A program made the position numbers and the translations under genes. From NCBI GenBank assembly GCA_963724765.1, contig CAVRVY010000003.1, positions 192,001 through 256,000 of the forward strand: DNA of 64,000 nt, given 5' to 3'. Position 1 is the first letter of the stretch; every line of letters begins with the position of its first letter. The notes under the pieces are model-generated. The model did not search any database. It saw only the letters and a list, made by a program, of their open reading frames with translations, and was not told the origin of the DNA. Source of the stretch: an uncultured delta proteobacterium. Lineage in GTDB: Bacteria > Desulfobacterota > Binatia > Binatales > Binataceae. This document shows positions 53,684-63,850 of this stretch, piece by piece.

Positions 53684-55228
53684 CTACGGAAAGAGGTTCG
53701 GCCCGGAACTACCTTCTACCGGAAGGCCTTTTAGCTGCGCAGCGGGCGAGTTCGCACGTGCAAACAGGGCGGCGATTTTATCCCGATAAACGATCCGCCA
53801 TCCCGGTTGCGCCAGCATAAAATCGTAGGTCGCCGAGGAAGTTCTCAGCAGCACGAAGTCATGCGGATAGGCGTCCAGCACCGCGCCTGCACGCGGGCCC
53901 ACGAGGAAGAAGTCCAGGTAGTCGGCGAGCACCGCTTGCGGATAGACCATGTCGAAGCGGCTATCGACGAAGACTTTGGATTCGGGCGCGAGGTGAAAGA
54001 TCAGGTACTCGCCCCAGCCGAAATCGTCGAGCACGTTGCCATGCAGTCCGTGCGCCTGCATGAATTCGATCGCGCCCTGCGGCTGGGGATATCCGTTGGG
54101 CAGGCGCGGCGAGAAGAGCCCGCTCGCAAGCGCGATCACGAACGCGATCGCGCCGACCAGCATCTCATGGGACCGCTTTCGCGGCGCAGGCGCCGCTGGA
54201 TTGCCGAAACGCGTGGCCTCGAGTGCGAGTGCGGCGTGGCGGCACAGCGGAGTTATCGACGCGATCACCGCGAGTGCCATGTTGCGCACGGCCAGATACG
54301 CGGCGACTCCCATCATCGCCGCTATTACCAGCAGTGCGAGGTCGCCGCCGCGAGGCCTGAGCGCGAAGCACAGCGCCAGCGCGGCGAACGGCACGATCAC
54401 GAGCGCGAAGTTGACCGCGGTCTTAGGCGACTTGTGCCACTCCTCGGCGATCTTGAACAGCAACGGCTGCCATTCGCTGACCATCGCGCGCGTAAGCGGA
54501 TTGCCCAGCGTATGCATCACCGTGAACCAGTTGCCGATACCGTCGGGATTGAGCAGCGTCGCGAGCACGCAAGCCGCGGTCACGCCGCCAAGACGCGTCG
54601 CGCGCTGAAGACCGTCACCCGCCGCCAAATCCTCGATCACGATCACCGCTGTATACACCGCGAGCACTGCGAGACCGACGAAGAAACCGCCGTGCAGATT
54701 GGCCCACAGCGCGAAGATCGGGATAGCGAGCCATAGCCGCCCCGCATGCCGATAACTGTCGCGGGCGAGCAGCAGAAGCAGCGCGCTCAGCGCAACGAAG
54801 TCGAACAATTGCGGCCGAAACTGCATCATCGGCGCGATCGCGACCGCGCCCGTCGTCAGCACCACCATTTGCAGCGGTATCGGCGCGCCAGTCTCGGCCG
54901 CGCCCATCGCCAGCAGCGTGATGGTCGCCGCCGTGGCGGCAAGTTTCATCAGCTTGAGCCCGACCACTCCAAGCGCGCCCCAGCAGAGCGCCAGCACGAC
55001 TTCGGAGAGCCATTCGTGGTCGCGCCAGGGCAGGCCGGTTGCGCTGTAGGAGTAGATGTCGCGCGGCGGCAGACGGCCGTGCATCAGGATGAAGCGGCCG
55101 AAAACCAGGTGGCCCCAGAGGTCAGGGTCAGCCCAGCGACCGGCGTCGGCGACTACGATAATGAACGCGAGGAATGCCGGCGAGTAACGCGGTAGCGAAA
55201 GCTTTCGCACGCGCCGCGAGGATGTCAT
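53684..55228 (-). CDS. GT-C-like polytopic membrane protein, paralogue 3
   Basis: Same motifs; ATGA overlap with the upstream paralogue. Confidence 0.75.
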   Translation of the reverse strand: MTSSRRVRKLSLPRYSPAFLAFIIVVADAGRWADPDLWGHLVFGRFILMHGRLPPRDIYSYSATGLPWRDHEWLSEVVLALCWGALGVVGLKLMKLAATAATITLLAMGAAETGAPIPLQMVVLTTGAVAIAPMMQFRPQLFDFVALSALLLLLARDSYRHAGRLWLAIPIFALWANLHGGFFVGLAVLAVYTAVIVIEDLAAGDGLQRATRLGGVTAACVLATLLNPDGIGNWFTVMHTLGNPLTRAMVSEWQPLLFKIAEEWHKSPKTAVNFALVIVPFAALALCFALRPRGGDLALLVIAAMMGVAAYLAVRNMALAVIASITPLCRHAALALEATRFGNPAAPAPRKRSHEMLVGAIAFVIALASGLFSPRLPNGYPQPQGAIEFMQAHGLHGNVLDDFGWGEYLIFHLAPESKVFVDSRFDMVYPQAVLADYLDFFLVGPRAGAVLDAYPHDFVLLRTSSATYDFMLAQPGWRIVYRDKIAALFARANSPAAQLKGLPVEGSSGPNLFP

Positions 55229-56850
55229 GGAAATGCGCATGGCAGAGCGGGCGTGGTTGCGGGTAAGTCGGGCAGGCTTGCCGTGGGGGCGCTCGCGCGT
55301 GCGTAAAGGAGTGCGTCGTCGTCGCGGTAGAGCAGTTTCCAATCACGCTGCCGCACCATCAGGCGGCGCGCGGGCGCACGCGACCCGATCAGCACGAAGT
55401 CGTGAGGATAGGAATCGAGCACCGCGCCGGCGCCCGACTGGTCGAAATAAAATTCGAGATAGTCGCGGATGACCTTGAACGGATAGACGGTGTCGTAACG
55501 GCCGTCGATAAAGACCTTGTCCTGCGGCGCGGCGTGCCAGATGAGATACTCGCCCCATCCGAACTCGCCCAACACATTGCCATGCAGGCCATGCGCGCTC
55601 ATGAAGGCAAGCGCCGCCCAAGGATAGGCACGGTCCGGCACAAGCCGGCGCGAAAACAGTCCGCCGCGGAGGGCCATCACGCAGGCCAGCGCAAGCATCG
55701 CGAAATGACTCGCCGGGGACCACGGCGCCACGGGCAGACCGGCCCCGGCGCGCCGCGCGCGCAGCATCGCGAGATGGCGCGCGAGCGGTCCGCTCACCGC
55801 CAACGCGGCCAGCGCCATATTGCGCACGGAAAGAAAGGCCGCGAGCGCCATCATTGCGGCCACCGCGACCAGCGGCAGATCGTCCGCGCGCGGCGCCGCC
55901 GCCAATACGACCGCCAGTGCGGCAACCATCGCTATCACAACAAGATAGAGCACCACGCCCGAGGGCGCGGAATGCCACTGCGCCAGCATCGCCCACCAAA
56001 GCGGCTGCCAATCATTTACCACATTGCGCGTGTAGGGATTGCGCAGCGCGTGCGCCACCGTCTCCCACATCCCGGCGCCGTAAGGATTGATCAGCGTGGC
56101 CGCGGCGGCGGCCACGGTAAGCAGCGATAATTTCGCCCCGCGCCACCATCCCGCGCCCGCGGCGAGATCGCCAACCGCTGCGACGGCCGAGTAGAGCGCC
56201 AGCGTGGCGATACCGATGAAGAAGCCGCCGTGCAGATTCGCCCACAGCGCCATCAGCGGCACCGCCAGCCAGAGCCGCGCACCGCCGCGCCGGTAATTGT
56301 CGCGCGCAAGCAGGGCGAGTAGCGCACCCAGCAAAGCGAAGCTGAACATCTGCGGCCGCAACTGCGCCTGGAGCAGGAATCCGCACGCCGCCGCGAACAG
56401 GACCGCAAACTGGATGGTGGGCGGCGCGCCTGTTGAGGCCTCGGTGTCGGCGACAAACAGCAACGCCGCCGCCGTGCAGGCGAACTTCCACAGCTTGAGC
56501 CCGGCCACGCCGGCAGCGTTGTAGGCGAACGTCATCACGACTTCGGCCAGCCACTCGTGATCGCGCCATCGATGACCCGCCGCAGAGTAAGAATATATAT
56601 CAAAATGTAGCAGATGGCGTCCGGCGATGAAGGCCTCGCCGAAGCGCAGATGGCCCCAAAGGTCGGGATCGGTATGGCGGTTGGAATCGGCGAGCAGGAT
56701 CGCGATCAGCACGGCGGCGGGCGCATAGCGCAAGAGCGAGCACGCCGGCCGCACAATCTCAGTGCGCGCCGCACGCCGGTGAGTTGATGATTCGGGTGAT
56801 GGTTGGGGCCGTGCGTCGGAAGCTGCCATGCACTCGCTCGCAGCCTTCAC
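55225..56850 (-). CDS. GT-C-like polytopic membrane protein, paralogue 2
   Basis: Same motifs. Confidence 0.75.
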   Translation of the reverse strand: MKAASECMAASDARPQPSPESSTHRRAARTEIVRPACSLLRYAPAAVLIAILLADSNRHTDPDLWGHLRFGEAFIAGRHLLHFDIYSYSAAGHRWRDHEWLAEVVMTFAYNAAGVAGLKLWKFACTAAALLFVADTEASTGAPPTIQFAVLFAAACGFLLQAQLRPQMFSFALLGALLALLARDNYRRGGARLWLAVPLMALWANLHGGFFIGIATLALYSAVAAVGDLAAGAGWWRGAKLSLLTVAAAAATLINPYGAGMWETVAHALRNPYTRNVVNDWQPLWWAMLAQWHSAPSGVVLYLVVIAMVAALAVVLAAAPRADDLPLVAVAAMMALAAFLSVRNMALAALAVSGPLARHLAMLRARRAGAGLPVAPWSPASHFAMLALACVMALRGGLFSRRLVPDRAYPWAALAFMSAHGLHGNVLGEFGWGEYLIWHAAPQDKVFIDGRYDTVYPFKVIRDYLEFYFDQSGAGAVLDSYPHDFVLIGSRAPARRLMVRQRDWKLLYRDDDALLYARASAPTASLPDLPATTPALPCAFP

Positions 56851-56884
56851 GCTACAGGCTGCAAGCGGCGCCGCAAAGCTGCGT

Positions 56885-58537
56885 CTAGGGAAATCCGCCC
56901 GGATGCGCGGCGCCGGTCACGGGCAGGTCCGGCAGGCCGGCCGCAGGTGCACTCGCGCGTGCGTAAAGAAGCGACTCGTCGTCGCGATAAAGCAACTTCC
57001 AGTCATGTCGCCGCTCCATCAAATGACGTGCTGGAGCAGCGGTAGGGATAAGCACAAAATCATGCGGATAGGCATCGAGAACGTGAGCCCCGCCCGGCAG
57101 GTCGAATCGAAACAGCAGGTAATCGCGGACCACGTCCGGCGGGTACACAGTATCGTTGCGGCCGTCGATAAAAACCTTGTCGGCCGGGAAGGTGTGCCAG
57201 ATGAGGTATTGGCCCCATCCGAAATCGCAGAGCAGGTTGCCATGCAACTGGTGTGCACGCATGAAGCTAACCGCGCCCGCGGGATAGGCCTTGTCCTCTG
57301 CAAGCCGGCTCGAAAACAGGCCGCCCTGAAGCATCAGTACACCGCATACCGCCAGCATCAGCCACTGGTTCACCGACCGCGAGTCAGGCGCGGGTGCACC
57401 GTGGCGGCGGCGCTCGCTCAGCACCGCAAGATGACGTGCGAGCGGACCGCTCACCGCGATGACCGCGAGCGCCATATTGCGCACAGACTGGAACGCCGCA
57501 AGCGACATGAACGCGGCGATCGCGACCAGCGGCAGATCTCCCGCGCGCGGCGACGCGACGAACGCGGCCGCAAGCGCCGCAATCAATCCGATCACCGCAA
57601 GATAGATCAGGACGCCGGAGAACCCCTGATGCCACTGCACGGCCAACGCGTGAGTGAGCGGCTGCCAATCGTTGACGATGCCGCGCGTGTAGGGATTGCG
57701 AAGCGCGTAGACGACCGCCTTCCAGATCCCAATGCCGTAAGGATTGAGGAGCGTCGCCGCGGTGGCGGCGAGCGTGACCAGGCCGAGCCGGATCGCGCGG
57801 CGCAACCCCTCGCCAGCGGCGAGGTCGCACGACGCCACGGCGCCCGTATAGAGCGCGAGCGTCACGATTCCCGCAACGAAGCCGCCGTGCGGATTCGCCC
57901 ATAGCGCCATCAGCGGCACCGCCAGCCAGATCGTCCCCCCGCGCCGGTAATTGTCGCGCGCGAGCAGCGCGACGAGGGCGCTTAGGCAAACCAGCGTGAA
58001 CATCTGCGGCCGGAATTGCGTCTGCAGTATCAGCCCAACTGAGGCCACGAGCAGCACCGGAAGTTGAATCGAAGGCGGCGCGCCGGTTGCGGCCTCGGCG
58101 TCGGCGATGAACAGAACCGTGAGCGCGGTGAAGACGAATTTCCACAGTTTGAGACCGACCACGCCCGCGGCGTTGTACACGGCCGCCATCACCACCTCGG
58201 CAAGCCATTCATGATCCCGCCAGAGATGGCCCGCGGCGGAGTAGGAATAAGGATCGCGATCGATCAGATGGCGTTTGGCGATAAATGCCTGGCCGAATCG
58301 GACATGGCCCCAGAGATCGGGGTCTGTGTGGCGATTGGAGTCGGCGATCAGAATCGCCAGCAGAACCACCGCGGGCGAATAGCGCAAGAGCGAATTGCGC
58401 GTGAGCCGGGACGCGGTGGCGCCCGGCGAGCCACGCTCAGCCGCGTCCGTCGGCGCGAAAGCCGCCGCTGCCGGAGCGCCGTTATAGGCGATCATGTTCG
58501 GCGGTGCTGCCGCCCGCCCCTCCCCGCTGGTCTTCAT
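56885..58537 (-). CDS. GT-C-like polytopic membrane protein, paralogue 1
   Basis: Same motifs. Confidence 0.75.
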   Translation of the reverse strand: MKTSGEGRAAAPPNMIAYNGAPAAAAFAPTDAAERGSPGATASRLTRNSLLRYSPAVVLLAILIADSNRHTDPDLWGHVRFGQAFIAKRHLIDRDPYSYSAAGHLWRDHEWLAEVVMAAVYNAAGVVGLKLWKFVFTALTVLFIADAEAATGAPPSIQLPVLLVASVGLILQTQFRPQMFTLVCLSALVALLARDNYRRGGTIWLAVPLMALWANPHGGFVAGIVTLALYTGAVASCDLAAGEGLRRAIRLGLVTLAATAATLLNPYGIGIWKAVVYALRNPYTRGIVNDWQPLTHALAVQWHQGFSGVLIYLAVIGLIAALAAAFVASPRAGDLPLVAIAAFMSLAAFQSVRNMALAVIAVSGPLARHLAVLSERRRHGAPAPDSRSVNQWLMLAVCGVLMLQGGLFSSRLAEDKAYPAGAVSFMRAHQLHGNLLCDFGWGQYLIWHTFPADKVFIDGRNDTVYPPDVVRDYLLFRFDLPGGAHVLDAYPHDFVLIPTAAPARHLMERRHDWKLLYRDDESLLYARASAPAAGLPDLPVTGAAHPGGFP

Positions 58538-58645
58538 CCGCTGCCGTGCCGCCCAGGCCGCGATCGCCGCCGCGGCGCGACCGCCTCGAAGCTACCAGAT
58601 TCGCGATGACACCGCATCGCCAGGCGCGGCAGCGACGACCGCGGT

Positions 58646-59506
58646 CTAGGCGCGCGCGGCGAAGCAGATGGTCACGTTGGGCAGCCGAAGTGAGCCGTCG
58701 GCCCGGCGATAAGGCGCCGCCGCGTCGGCGGTCGCGTGCATGATCTGTTCGCGCACCTCAGGCGTGCATCGCTCCAGCACCATCCGCAGCGGAGCTGACA
58801 CGCCCGCGCGAAAGCGCGTGAATTCGTCGGTCGAGGCAAACTCGAATACCACCTCAAGCGGCTCGCTGCGCACCTCGCTGAAGCCGGCGCCTTCGAGCGC
58901 GCGCGTCAGGATCGACACCTCGGCGAGCCGGAACGGATCAAGCGCTCCCGGCTGGCGCGGCGGCAGGCCGGCGAGCGTGCGCATGGCCTCGCCGCCAAGA
59001 CTGATCATCGGGACCTTGTCGGGCGCCGACCAGACGGCGGTGGCAAAGCGTGCGCCGGGCCTGAGCGCGCGGCGGATTCCGCGCACGGCCGAACCAAGGT
59101 CGGGCACGAACATCAGGCCCCAGCGGCAGATCGCAGCGTCGAAGCTGTGCTCGTCCGCCTCCAACGATTCGATATCGCCGACGCGAAACTCCAGGTTGTC
59201 GAAGCCGAGCGCCGCCGCCCGCTCGCGCGCCACCGCGAGCATCCCGGGCGACTGATCGATCGCGACGACGCGGCCTGCCGTGCCGACGCGGCGCGCGGCG
59301 GTTATCGCGGGCTCGCCAATTCCGGTGGCGAGGTCGGTCACGCGATGGCCCGGCCGCACGGCGGCCAGTTCGACCAGGCGGTCGCTGACGTGCTGCGCGG
59401 CGCGCTCGAAGGTGCTCCACCATTGCTTCCATCCGGCGGCCGCGGCGTCCCAATCGATTCGCTGCTGCTGCTTGAGCTGGCTCGCCGATTGATCCTGCTC
59501 GCTCAT
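58646..59506 (-). CDS. class I SAM-dependent methyltransferase
   Basis: DLATGIGEP, AIDQSPGML, SFDAAICRWGLMF, LRPG; AGGAG RBS. Confidence 0.9.
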   Translation of the reverse strand: MSEQDQSASQLKQQQRIDWDAAAAGWKQWWSTFERAAQHVSDRLVELAAVRPGHRVTDLATGIGEPAITAARRVGTAGRVVAIDQSPGMLAVARERAAALGFDNLEFRVGDIESLEADEHSFDAAICRWGLMFVPDLGSAVRGIRRALRPGARFATAVWSAPDKVPMISLGGEAMRTLAGLPPRQPGALDPFRLAEVSILTRALEGAGFSEVRSEPLEVVFEFASTDEFTRFRAGVSAPLRMVLERCTPEVREQIMHATADAAAPYRRADGSLRLPNVTICFAARA

Positions 59507-59530
59507 GACATCATCTCCTGCCGACGCGTC

Positions 59531-59560
59531 TCACTTTTGACTTTCACTTTTCACTTTTCA
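59531..59560. repeat. short tandem heptamer repeat (about 4 x TCACTTT)
   Basis: tcacttt-tgacttt-cacttt-tcacttt-tca in the intergenic gap. Confidence 0.6.
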
Positions 59561-61111
59561 CCGCGTGCGGGTGCCGCGGCCGTATACCTGTACGTCACGA
59601 AAGGCGGCCAACGGATGCGTATACTGCGCGAGCAGCTTCGCACCTTCCTCCCGCGCATGCCACTGGTCGCCGATTACGAGAACTTGTCCGTCGGAATCGT
59701 CCGCGGGCACCGCGGCTCCGGCGGCCTGCGTAGAGCGCAGATAGTAGCGCACCGCGTTGACCGCGTACGGCGGCGCGACGGCGATTTTCATGCCGGGCGC
59801 GAGCGCGGCGGCGGCTGCGCTCGCGGCCTCGCGCCACTGAGTATCGTGGGGGCGCTGCCGGTAGGTGTGGAGATGCCCGAGCGCCAGCGCCACCGACAAT
59901 GCAATCGCGCCAATGGCGGCAATCTTGCCAATCGCGACCGCACGCATCGACGCACTGGGGAGTTCCCACGCGCCGAGCGCGGCCAGCATGAAAAACGGCA
60001 CAAAGCACCACAGCGCATACCGCTCAACGAACATCGGCGAGAATGCATACGAAGCGACGAGCATCAGCAGCGGCGGCAGCCACATCCATGCGAGCGCGAA
60101 CGCCGTTGCCGCGCGCGAGCGAAGCCATCCCCGCCACGCCCCCCATCCCGCCAGCGCAGCCATCACCGGGAACGCGAAGCTGCCGACGCCCTTGTTGAAC
60201 AGCGCGAGCGGCGCCCACCATCGCGGCCGCTCGATCCATCCCGTCGCGCCGTTGGCAAAGGCGCTCGCGCCCGTGCGCAGCGCCGGCAGCGCAACGATCA
60301 GGAACAGCGCCGCGCCCGCGCCGAGCGCGGCGGCGATCGTAAACGGCGGGGTCATCCGAAAACTCTGCGCGCTGCGCCACTGCATCAGCGGCAAAGCGAT
60401 AAGGCACAGCCCTTCGGCCACGATCATGAAGGCGGCGCTGAAATGAGTGGCGACGGCAAGCACGGTCAGCACGGCGAGCGGCGCGAGATCGAAGAGATTG
60501 CCGCGCCGCACGGCGCGAATGAAAAACCATACCTGGAGCAGAACGAGCAGCAGCGCGAGCGGATACATTCGAAGCTCGCGCGCGTATTTGATCGTCACCA
60601 GGTTAACCGCGAAAAACAGCGCGGCAAGCGCCGCAACCATCTCGGCCTCAGCGCAAGGGATTCCGCGGAATCCGGCGCTCTCGCTTTCACTTTGCGGCGC
60701 TGAGGATCGTGCGCGAAGGAGTTCGCGCACGAGCACGAACACCACCACGATGCTGAAGGTGTCGAGCAGCGCCGAGAGCGCCCTCATCGCGCCGAGTCCG
60801 TCGCCAAAAAGCCCTATCCAGCCGTGCAGCACGATTTCGTAGACTGCGAGCTTGCCAGGATTGAGCACCGCCTGGATACGCACCACCTCGGCGAGACTCG
60901 GGGCGGCGGCGGCGGCCCATGATGCGCCTTCGTCGGCCGACATCTCGCGCGCGCCGATCGCCGCAAAGCGCTGCCATCCGCCGAGCACTATCGCAACTGC
61001 GAGCAGCGCCACGCTGAGCGCTCGCACCGGAGCGCGCGCGGCCACGACGGGCAAGTGGGGCGGGGCCGATACGGATGCGGCAGGCGCGCTACTTTGAGAG
61101 TCGACGGTCAC
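59558..61111 (-). CDS. glycosyltransferase family 39/83-like (PMT/ArnT, GT-C) membrane protein
   Basis: DE motif (MSADEG), RALSAL, YARELRMY, THF, ERY; many TM segments. Confidence 0.8.
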   Translation of the reverse strand: MTVDSQSSAPAASVSAPPHLPVVAARAPVRALSVALLAVAIVLGGWQRFAAIGAREMSADEGASWAAAAAPSLAEVVRIQAVLNPGKLAVYEIVLHGWIGLFGDGLGAMRALSALLDTFSIVVVFVLVRELLRARSSAPQSESESAGFRGIPCAEAEMVAALAALFFAVNLVTIKYARELRMYPLALLLVLLQVWFFIRAVRRGNLFDLAPLAVLTVLAVATHFSAAFMIVAEGLCLIALPLMQWRSAQSFRMTPPFTIAAALGAGAALFLIVALPALRTGASAFANGATGWIERPRWWAPLALFNKGVGSFAFPVMAALAGWGAWRGWLRSRAATAFALAWMWLPPLLMLVASYAFSPMFVERYALWCFVPFFMLAALGAWELPSASMRAVAIGKIAAIGAIALSVALALGHLHTYRQRPHDTQWREAASAAAAALAPGMKIAVAPPYAVNAVRYYLRSTQAAGAAVPADDSDGQVLVIGDQWHAREEGAKLLAQYTHPLAAFRDVQVYGRGTRTR

Positions 61112-61175
61112 GAATCAGCCGATGAGGCGACGGCGCCGGCGGCAGTCCCGGCGGATGTTCTACAGCCTCTCTTTG

Positions 61176-61445
61176 CTACAGCCCCTTTTTGAGCTGCGGT
61201 GCGGGGCGAAAGCCAACGGTGCGCGCGGCCGGAATTGTCATCGGACTCTGCGTGCGCGGGTTGTAGCCCGCGCGCGGGCGACGGCGGCGCACTGAAAAAG
61301 TGCCGAAGCCGGGCACCCAGAAGCGCTTGTCCTTGCGAATCGCGCGCGCGATGTGGTCGAAGGTCAGCTCGATGGTGCGCGCGGCGGTTTTTTTTTCCAG
61401 GTGCGTCGCACGCGCGACAGTCTCGATCAGTTCGGCCTTGGTCAT
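61176..61445 (-). CDS. hup: HU family DNA-binding protein
   Basis: MTKAELI, GFGTF, GYNPRT, IPA, F.P...LK; GGAGG RBS. Confidence 0.92.
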   Translation of the reverse strand: MTKAELIETVARATHLEKKTAARTIELTFDHIARAIRKDKRFWVPGFGTFSVRRRRPRAGYNPRTQSPMTIPAARTVGFRPAPQLKKGL

Positions 61446-61559
61446 GGGTTGATGCCTCCCCGGTCCCACCGTATTACTGCCGTTATACCGCGGGCGCACG
61501 CCGCATCAAGAACAGAAAAGCGCGAAATAAAAGCTGCGTGGTGCGGGGGCACCTATCGA

Positions 61560-62504
61560 TTAGGACGGCTTTGGCGGCGGCTGTACGGCGCCGGCGCCCA
61601 GTTCGCGCCATACCAGGCCCCATCGCACACCCTGGTCGCTCACCGTGACGTTGCTCGCCTCGGCCTCGCACATCACGCGCTCGAGAATCGCAGTGCCGGC
61701 GAAAATAACGTCGGCGCGCGCGGGATCGAGGCCCTTGAGTTTGCGCCGCTCCGCCAGCGGCTTCGAGCCGAACAGGCCCAGCACCCGCTCGACCTCCATG
61801 CGCGAGAGCCGATAGCCGTGCACGCGATCGGCGTCGTAGGTCTCCATCTGAAGTGCGACCGCGCAGACCGTGGTCACGGTGCCGGCGATTCCGACCAGCG
61901 CGTCGGTCTCGAGCTTCCATCCCAGCCCCGTGAGTTCGGCATCGATGGCCATGCGGAGGTCGGCGGCCTCGCGCGCCGTTGGCGGATCGTGATGGATGAT
62001 TCGCTCGGTCAGGCGCACCGAGCCGATCTGCAGGCTCGTCATCTGCAGCTTGGCGTCCGGCTCGGCGCGGATGAACTCGGTCGAACCGCCGCCGATGTCG
62101 ATGATGAGCAGGCGTTGTGAAACGTCCAGGTGCAGGCCGTGCAAGACCGCCACGTAAGACAGCCACGCCTCGGTCTCGCCCGACACGATCTCCAGTTCGA
62201 TGCCGGTGCGCTCGCGCACGCGGCGGATGAAGTCCTCACCGTCGGCGGCGTCGCGCAGCGTCGCGGTGCCGGCGGTCACGATTTTCGCGGCGCCAGCGGC
62301 GCGCGCCTGTTCGACGAATTCCGCGATCGTGTCGAGCGTGCGAAGCGCGGCCTGCGGGTCCAGGCGATGGTTCCGGTCGACGCCCTGCCCCAGGCGCGTG
62401 ATGCGCGCAAGGTCGATCACCCGGCGCGCGCCGCCGTCGGGCGTGGTCTCGGCCACCAGCATCAGGACCGTGTTGGTGCCGACGTCGAGTGCGCCAATCT
62501 TCAT
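61560..62504 (-). CDS. ppx: Ppx/GppA family exopolyphosphatase
   Basis: ALDVGTN, TRLGQG, TATLRDA, DIGGGSTE, GSVRLTE, RADVI. Confidence 0.92.
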   Translation of the reverse strand: MKIGALDVGTNTVLMLVAETTPDGGARRVIDLARITRLGQGVDRNHRLDPQAALRTLDTIAEFVEQARAAGAAKIVTAGTATLRDAADGEDFIRRVRERTGIELEIVSGETEAWLSYVAVLHGLHLDVSQRLLIIDIGGGSTEFIRAEPDAKLQMTSLQIGSVRLTERIIHHDPPTAREAADLRMAIDAELTGLGWKLETDALVGIAGTVTTVCAVALQMETYDADRVHGYRLSRMEVERVLGLFGSKPLAERRKLKGLDPARADVIFAGTAILERVMCEAEASNVTVSDQGVRWGLVWRELGAGAVQPPPKPS

Positions 62505-63850
62505 GGAGTCTCCTGCGGCAGCGACGATGCGGCGAACTCGGCGCTCGCGCACGCGGCGGCAAACTCGTCGATCGCGCCAAGTGCGCGCGCCGCCATATCG
62601 ATCTTCTTTTGCCGGCCGCGCGAGCGCGTTCCAAGCTCCGGCATCAAGCCGTAGTTCGCATTCATCGGCTGGAAATCCCGCCGGCCCTGGTCGGTGATAT
62701 AGGCGACCAGCGAACCGAGCGCGGTTACCGGCGGCGGCACTGCCAGCGGACGGCCGCTCAGCAGGTTGAACGCGTTGAGCGCCGCGAGCAGACCGGCGGC
62801 CGCCGATTCGACATAGCCCTCAACGCCGATCATCTGGCCCGCCACGAACAGGTCGTCGCGTCCGATCAATTGAAGCGTGGGACGAAGCAGCCGCGGCGAA
62901 TCGATAAAGGTGTTGCGATGGAGCGAGCCCAGCCGCACGAACTCGGCGCGAGCAAGCCCTGGAATCATCCGCAACACGCGGCGCTGCTCGGGATAAGTCG
63001 TCTTGGTCTGAAAGCCGACCATGTTGTACAGGCGCGCCGCGCGATCGTCCTGACGCAACTGCACCACCGCGAACGGACGATGGGCGCCGCGCGGATCGTC
63101 AAGCCCCACCGGACGCATCGGACCGAAGGCGAGCGTCTGCGGTCCGCGCCGCGCCATCTCCTCGATCGGCATGCAACCCTCGAAATACACGGGACGCTCG
63201 AAAGGATGGGCCGCGACCTTGTCGGCCGCGAGCAACGCAGCAATGAACGCGTTGTACTCGGCCTCGTTCATCGGGCAGTTGATATAATCGTCGCCGCCGC
63301 GGCCCCATCGCGAGGCGCGGAAGGCAATTTCCATGTCGATCGATTCGGCGCTGACGATGGGCGCGATCGCGTCGTAAAAATAGAGATGGCGCGCGCCGAT
63401 CAGGCGGTTCAGATCGGCTTCCAGGGCCGGGCTGGTAAGCGGACCGCTGGCGAGGATGGTTACTCCGCCGGGAATCGCGGTAACTTCTTCACGCACGACC
63501 TCGACCATCGGATGGGCGGTGAGCGCTTCGGTAAGCGAGCGCGCGAATTCGTCGCGGTCCACCGCGAGCGCCGAGCCGGCCGGAACGCGAGTGCGATCGG
63601 CAGCGGCGATGACCAGGGAGCTGAGCCGGCGCATCTCTTCCTTGAGTACGCCGACCGCGGCGTCCATCGAATCGCTGCGCAGCGAGTTCGAGCACACCAG
63701 TTCGCCGAACAGCGCGGTCTGATGCGCCTCGGTCATGCGCGTCGGGCGCATCTCGAACAGCCGCACGGGCACGCCACGGCGCGCGAGTTGCCACGCGGCC
63801 TCGCTGCCCGCCAGCCCTGCACCGATTACGTTGACGGTTGGAGAACTCAC
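62501..63850 (-). CDS. trmFO: methylenetetrahydrofolate-tRNA-(uracil-54)-methyltransferase
   Basis: VIGAGLAGSEAAWQ, ELVCSNS, YFEGCMPIE, GFQTK, GVEGYVES, FQPMNANYG. Confidence 0.96.
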   Translation of the reverse strand: MSSPTVNVIGAGLAGSEAAWQLARRGVPVRLFEMRPTRMTEAHQTALFGELVCSNSLRSDSMDAAVGVLKEEMRRLSSLVIAAADRTRVPAGSALAVDRDEFARSLTEALTAHPMVEVVREEVTAIPGGVTILASGPLTSPALEADLNRLIGARHLYFYDAIAPIVSAESIDMEIAFRASRWGRGGDDYINCPMNEAEYNAFIAALLAADKVAAHPFERPVYFEGCMPIEEMARRGPQTLAFGPMRPVGLDDPRGAHRPFAVVQLRQDDRAARLYNMVGFQTKTTYPEQRRVLRMIPGLARAEFVRLGSLHRNTFIDSPRLLRPTLQLIGRDDLFVAGQMIGVEGYVESAAAGLLAALNAFNLLSGRPLAVPPPVTALGSLVAYITDQGRRDFQPMNANYGLMPELGTRSRGRQKKIDMAARALGAIDEFAAACASAEFAASSLPQETP

